DNA of 64,000 nucleotides from Promethearchaeota archaeon Loki_b32 (GTDB taxonomy: Archaea; Asgardarchaeota; Lokiarchaeia; Sigyniarchaeales; SOKP01), in contig NJBH01000006.1 in the NCBI GenBank assembly GCA_005223125.1, positions 1-64,000 of the forward strand, written 5' to 3'. How positions within the stretch are numbered: the stretch's first letter is position 1; every line of letters begins with the position of its first letter. Below are positions 58,768 through 64,000 of this stretch, one piece after another. Below the pieces are notes generated by a model that saw nothing but the letters and a program-made list of their open reading frames with translations, had not been told where the DNA came from and ran no database searches. Position numbers and translations under genes: made by a program.

Positions 58768-59553
58768 ATGACTGAAGCAAAACAAAATAAAATAATAAAA
58801 AGAAAAATCATTGAGATTGATGAAGATCTTTGTACAGGATGCGGAAATTGTGTTGTAGATTGTGCAGAGGGAGCTTTAAAAGTAATCGATGGAAAAGCTA
58901 GGGTTGTAAATGAAGTTTTCTGCGATGGTCTCGGTGCTTGTATTTCTGGTTGCCCTGAAGGCGCACTTGAAATAATCGAAAGAGAAGCTTTAGAGTTTAA
59001 TGAGGAGGCTGTCGAGAAACATTTAGAGTCTATGAACCATAATGAACAGGTTGAAACGGAACAAATAAAGCAGATTGTTAATGAACATGCACATCAATGT
59101 GGGTGCCCTTCAGCTCAAACAATGATTTTTAATGAACCTGAGGTACAAACAGAAGTAGCGGGAAAGATTCCTTCAGCTCTACGACAGTGGCCTGTTCAAA
59201 TGCATTTAATCAATCCTCGAGCACCATATTATCAAGGGGCAGATGTATTGCTCGCGGCTGATTGTGTTGGTTTTTCCTATGGTGATTTTCATAGAGATTT
59301 CTTGAAAGAAAAGTCGATAGCGATTGCCTGTCCTAAACTTGACCAAGGGAAAGACATTTACATAGAAAAAATTAAATCCTTGATTGATGACGCGAAAATA
59401 AACACATTAACAGTTGTTATGATGGATGTTCCATGCTGTTCAGGCTTATTAGCTTTAGCTCAAGAAGGTGCAAAACGGGCAAGCAGAAAAGTTCCTATTA
59501 AATTCGTAGTTGTAGGCATACAAGGAAATATTATAAAAGAAGAATGGATATAA
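58768..59553 (+). CDS. 4Fe-4S dicluster protein
   Basis: CTGCGNC..C, CDGLGAC..CP, QWPVQ, ADC, ACPKLD, PCC. Confidence 0.88.
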   Translation: MTEAKQNKIIKRKIIEIDEDLCTGCGNCVVDCAEGALKVIDGKARVVNEVFCDGLGACISGCPEGALEIIEREALEFNEEAVEKHLESMNHNEQVETEQIKQIVNEHAHQCGCPSAQTMIFNEPEVQTEVAGKIPSALRQWPVQMHLINPRAPYYQGADVLLAADCVGFSYGDFHRDFLKEKSIAIACPKLDQGKDIYIEKIKSLIDDAKINTLTVVMMDVPCCSGLLALAQEGAKRASRKVPIKFVVVGIQGNIIKEEWI

Positions 59554-59575
59554 TTTTTTTATAATTTTTATTTAA

Positions 59576-60229
59576 TTATTTTTCGAATAAGACTTTCTTT
59601 TTAATGATTTTTCTAAGCATCACTGATAGTGCTGATTTAGATTTACCCATCTTGTTAGCTAATTCTTCTAGAGAAATTTTTCGAGGAATTTCAAAAAATC
59701 CTAAAGAGATTGCTTTATCAAGTATATTTGATTCATTATAAGTTAACTTGTTTTTATCATCTTCAATATTATATGGAGAAATTCCAATTCTGAGTAATTC
59801 AAATTTAATATTTTTCTGTTCAAAAATGGTTAATAATTGATCTATCCGATCTCTGCTTGATATTAACCTCCAATATGCAAATCCGTCTTCTACTCTTACT
59901 GGGAAGTCCACAAGAACTCCACATTTTATAATAGCATATAGCAAATAAGGATCTTTTGTTTTTACATTAAAAACTGCTTTATTTTCTTCCATTTCTAAAA
60001 TACTTAGCTCAAAAACAGAAGAATGATTTCTAATGACTTCTAATATAGAGTCTAAATTGTAATGTTTTATTTCAATTACGCTATTACCAATGGATCTCTC
60101 AAGATCATAGGGAAGAAAATGTGAAATTTCCATTTTTATATCAGGAAAGTGATTAAAAATTTCAGAGATCCATATTTGTTTTGGAAACTTAATCTTGATT
60201 CTTGCTAAACTCGCTTTACTTGAATCCAT
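59576..60229 (-). CDS. Transcription regulator with C-terminal Bat-type HTH
   Basis: LT..IL..A..GFFEIPRKISLEELA..GKSKS..LRK. Confidence 0.88.
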   Translation of the reverse strand: MDSSKASLARIKIKFPKQIWISEIFNHFPDIKMEISHFLPYDLERSIGNSVIEIKHYNLDSILEVIRNHSSVFELSILEMEENKAVFNVKTKDPYLLYAIIKCGVLVDFPVRVEDGFAYWRLISSRDRIDQLLTIFEQKNIKFELLRIGISPYNIEDDKNKLTYNESNILDKAISLGFFEIPRKISLEELANKMGKSKSALSVMLRKIIKKKVLFEK

Positions 60230-60315
60230 CTTTAAATATTAGTATTTTAGCCTTTAAAACTTTTTTTTATTCAATAATGATTAATTATTAATAAAAACAA
60301 GTTAAATGCATTATT

Positions 60316-60918
60316 ATGGTAGAAAGAAAGAATCTTTTACTTGGAATTTGTGGAAGTCCTAGAAAACAGGGAACTGAATATGCGGTTCAATATGCCTTGA
60401 ACTATGCAGCGGAAAAATTTGAATTTGATACTGAGTTTTGGAGTGTCAGAAATAAACAAATTAACTTTTGTCTTCATTGTGATTATTGCATTCGAGAAAA
60501 AAAAGGGTGTGTTAGTAAAGATGACATGGAGGAGCTTTATAGCAAATTGGAAGAAGCTAAATTTCTTCTTTTTGGTACCCCAATTTTTCAAGGTAATTTA
60601 TCGGGTCAACTGAAAACTTTAATGGATCGCTGTCGTGCTATGATTGCTAAGAATCCGGATGTATTTAAAAACAAAATCGGGGCAGCTCTGGCAATTGGGG
60701 GAGATCGAAGTGGAGGACAAGAAATTGGAATCAGAAGTATTTTAGATTTCTTTCAGCAAAATCATGTAATAACTGTATCTGGTGGTGCTTTTGGAGCTAA
60801 TCTTGGTGCAAGCTTATGGAGTAGAGATATGGGAAAACAAGGTATCGAAGAAGACGAAGATGGTTTGAGAACAATCCGAAAAGTAATAAAAAGAATGGTA
60901 GAATTTAAAAAAAATTAA
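60316..60918 (+). CDS. Iron-sulfur flavoprotein (flavodoxin family)
   Basis: GSPR, CLHCDYC..C, TPIF, MDR, GGQE. Confidence 0.9.
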   Translation: MVERKNLLLGICGSPRKQGTEYAVQYALNYAAEKFEFDTEFWSVRNKQINFCLHCDYCIREKKGCVSKDDMEELYSKLEEAKFLLFGTPIFQGNLSGQLKTLMDRCRAMIAKNPDVFKNKIGAALAIGGDRSGGQEIGIRSILDFFQQNHVITVSGGAFGANLGASLWSRDMGKQGIEEDEDGLRTIRKVIKRMVEFKKN

Positions 60919-60931
60919 ATTTTAGAAATAA

Positions 60932-61228
60932 CTATTTAACTCCAAATAATTTCTTTGCTTCTTTCTCTCTAAGTCCGGAGATACCCCAGAGCTCCTTAAA
61001 CCAGTATTTTCCTTTATGTATAACAACAGGGGTATTCACAATACAGCCATCAGCGTCACAGAATGTCTTTAAGAAATTATCATCATGTAATAGCTCGTGT
61101 ACAAATTCCTCATCATTTATATCTCGTTCAATGTATCTAACGTTGCGTTCATTTAACCATTCTTTTAGTTCGTGGCATCTGTGGCAATTCTCCTTTGTTA
61201 TCACTAAGGGAGTCTTTGATTCAGCCAA
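60932..61228 (-). CDS. Glutaredoxin-like protein
   Basis: CHRC motif, TP cis-Pro-like motif. Confidence 0.75.
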   Translation of the reverse strand: MAESKTPLVITKENCHRCHELKEWLNERNVRYIERDINDEEFVHELLHDDNFLKTFCDADGCIVNTPVVIHKGKYWFKELWGISGLREKEAKKLFGVK

Positions 61229-61383
61229 TTATTATCATCTCATTTTTATTGTTTCTTTAAAGGTTATCTTTAAAATAAATAAAAGGTATAAAAAATATTT
61301 AGATTCTAATTTATAAAAAAATTGATTATATTTTTTATTAGATATCTTAAAAAATTAATCAATGGTTTGATAATATAAAAAAA

Positions 61384-63473
61384 TTATTTGTAATTCTCTG
61401 GTCTTTTTCTCTTTAGACTATCCTTATATGAGAGTAACATTTGTTCAAACAATTCTGGACCCAAGAATAATTGATAACATGTTTTCCAAACCACCTTTTG
61501 GGTTTTCTTATCAATTTTTCTTTTTCTATTTATATTAATATTATTTGGGATCTGATAGAGATCAACAATTTCCTTCAAAAAGCATTTCTTTGTATTTAAA
61601 ATCTTGCCGACATACCTCCATGATGATTTCCATCCCCATCATAAAATCCCATTAAAAAATTCAATGCTAATCGCCCATCCTCTGTTAGTATTAATTTCCC
61701 ATCTGGATTTGCTTTTCTGGCTTGACTTATAAGATCTTTTATAATATATGGAACATGGCCTTTATACTTAAACTTAAGAATTCCAAGTTTTACTAAATCA
61801 AACCACATTGGCTTGCAGCCGAAAAAAACTCTTGAACTAAGTATGGTTCTTAACTCTCCATTTTCATCTTTATATAAGTAAGTTTCATCAAAAATTCGAT
61901 CCTGTTCATACCCTACAGCGGTAGCAAATTTTTCTACCACAATTCGATCTTTTCTTTTTAATTTAAGTTGTATTTGGTAATGTTTGTTGCCATATTGAGA
62001 AACCCATCCATCTGAGCACAACCATCCAAACCAATACATTATTTGAGGATCTTTGTTTATATCACTGAAGAAATTAGGTTTCGTTATAGTATATTTCTGG
62101 TTAGCATAATCTGGTATTTCAGGATTGCAATTTTCATATTTTTCAACTAATTTTATAACTTTTTTAGCTTTATTACCTAAAAATAATTTTAAATTATCTC
62201 TTATTATTGACAATCTTCTTTTCGTTAATATAAAATTTTTATTTCCTCGAATGTATCCCATCATTCGATATCCATATCCGAAAATTAAAGCAATATCTCC
62301 AAGTGTAGTTGTAACACTCTTAGAAATCTTTCCTAACTCATTTCGAAGTTTTTTGATAAGTAAATCAAGAGATATATGACATTCTTTATGAGAATTTATT
62401 AATTCATAACAGAAATTAGCTTTATTTCCAAATTTCTTTCTTATTTTTTTTTCCAATTCATTGAGATTTTTTTCAGGAAGGATGTATTTTGAGTTTTTCT
62501 TATGATATTGCAGTCTTTCTGAAACATATCCGTCATGGTGTCCCCATAATTTCGAGAGATCTTTCAAAGTAAATCCACTATGACCTCTTAAAACTCTATT
62601 TGGATTTAAATTATACATTTCTTTTGGATAATTATTTAATATATTCAACAATTCATCTATGAAATTTTTTACATTGTACTCCATAGAATCAATTTCTTCT
62701 TCAAATGGCAGACCATCTTCTCCCATTTTAATGTTTTTAGTGTCTTTACCATAATATAGTAAATAAAAAGGATAATGTTTTAGATCTTTTAGAATAGTTG
62801 CTTGAAATTTGGGAAGATTTTTCATTTCCCACATATCAGAGACTAACCTAAACACTAATTTTGTTAACCATAATAAATAGATTATAAAATGCTTTCGATA
62901 CTCTTGAATTGAACGTAATTTTGTTTGTAATAGTTTCAACCATTCCTCAAATTCCTCAGTTGTTAACTCATGTAGATTCTCTAAATAAGAACTATGTATT
63001 CGCTTGTCTATTATAGGTTTAACTTTTTTTGTAAGAGTGATGAGAATGGATTGCGTTAAACCTACTTGATGTATATTTACATCATTATCTTGCTCCCATT
63101 CTCTTATATTCTTATAAATTAAACGAGAAATTACAACAATTAAATTTTCTTTAAAGATTTTAGGGAAGCCTTTATCTCCCATAATCACATTTACAGAATA
63201 CTTTTTGGTTTTTGTCAGTTTACTGATACTTTTAACTATAGACTTTTTCTTTTTTTTAACTTTATCTTTAGAATTTGAGGTTCTCTCATAGTTCTCTTTA
63301 ATAATTCCCTCTTGAGGACTAATACTCGAAATATTAATCTCTATTCCACAGAATTCACAGACTGCAGATTCTTGTTCTTTAATTATTTTTTGAATAATAT
63401 CATTTTGAAATTCCCAACCACAATATTTACAAGAATTTGAAGGACTCTTCTGATTTTCAATCATATAAAACAA
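61384..63473 (-). pseudogene. Zn-ribbon / helical / LAGLIDADG-domain gene split by a -1 frameshift near 61602
   Basis: CKYC..CEFC; YWFGWLCSDG and FLMGFYDGDG; continues as ILNTKKCFLKEIV in the 61384-61578 frame. Confidence 0.75.
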
Positions 63474-63564
63474 TAAATCCTATTTATATTTAAATAAAAA
63501 ATGTCAAAATTGAATTCATAATAATTTTAAAATCTAGGTATTTAAAGCAAAAAGAAGAAGTACT

Positions 63565-63626
63565 CTGGATTTTTATCTTTTGTTAATGTATTGATCTACA
63601 CTGTATGTTCGCCCTCCTCCCCCTAT
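63565..63626. repeat. 62-bp dispersed element, copy 2
   Basis: 49/62 identity to 20032-20093; TGTA-N6-TACA core retained. Confidence 0.85.
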
Positions 63627-63819
63627 GTGAACTTACAAAAGAAAAACGATATCCAATGAAGATAAATTCTTATAAAAAATATTTTAAAATTATCTATGGA
63701 AACTATTGAAAATAAAAATAAAACACAACTTTTCACATTCCTTTTTACTTTATTTTCGGTAATTTTTAATAATTTATTATGATCAGATTCTTATTTTTTA
63801 TTCTTATTCTTATCTTAAG

Positions 63820-64000
63820 ATGGATCAAAAAACTCAAAATGAAGCATTTAATAGCTATGTAAAAATTCTATTTAATAGTTTGGGTTGGAAAGAGAGAGCT
63901 TTCGCTGCTCAAAATCTTGGTCAACTAAAAGAAGGGAGAGCAACTAACATTTTAGCTAGAGCTTTGAAATCGGAGAAAGATGATGTTGTTATTAACCGTA
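63820..64000 (+). CDS. HEAT-repeat protein, 3'-truncated by the window edge
   Basis: MDQKTQ..WKERAFAAQNLGQLKEGRATNILARALKSEKD. Confidence 0.7.
   Translation, partial: MDQKTQNEAFNSYVKILFNSLGWKERAFAAQNLGQLKEGRATNILARALKSEKDDVVINR

Noticed and set aside
61596-61605. Programmed -1 frameshift in the LAGLIDADG gene
   Set aside because: No in-frame X XXY YYZ slippery heptamer; mutation or assembly error is more likely
2057-62379. Short overlapping ORFs in the track (e.g. 2057, 2820, 4031, 4263, 7086, 15727-19713 on +, 29392, 43222, 52578, 54532, 57355, 62125)
   Set aside because: They are antisense or alternate-frame shadows of well-supported genes and carry no motifs

Overview
This is an AT-rich archaeal window, most consistent with a Lokiarchaeia (Asgard) chromosome. 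The evidence is TFB next to Gar1, eS26, ArcS/RaSEA, TrmY, roadblock and longin-like proteins, a Loki-CTERM-like sorting tail and the Loki-type 'KEFKVNxYITLK' N-terminal domain. Layout: 1-12 kb holds tRNA-modification, transcription and Co/Ni-ECF genes. About 12.04-20.99 kb is an accessory island with two large paralogous helical/LRR proteins. 21-43 kb is mixed housekeeping. 43-61 kb is a dense Fe-S, sulfur-relay and oxidative/nitrosative-stress cluster. 61.4-63.6 kb is a frameshifted Zn-ribbon/LAGLIDADG gene. Best leads: (1) the island appears inserted into the 3' end of rps26e, because a synonymously divergent copy of the last 13 eS26 codons lies at its far end. It also carries 42-bp direct repeats and a degenerate CRISPR-like triple repeat, but no integrase. 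(2) A ~300-nt intergenic RNA candidate with K-turn hairpins ending in ACA (H/ACA-like). (3) A TusA / Lys-less IscS / IscU-TrxR-like fusion operon near a CoADR-rhodanese-TusA-rhodanese enzyme. (4) Repeated ATT initiation. (5) An anticodon-arm-less tRNA-like element beside the archaeosine genes. All calls come from reading motifs by eye; no searches were run.
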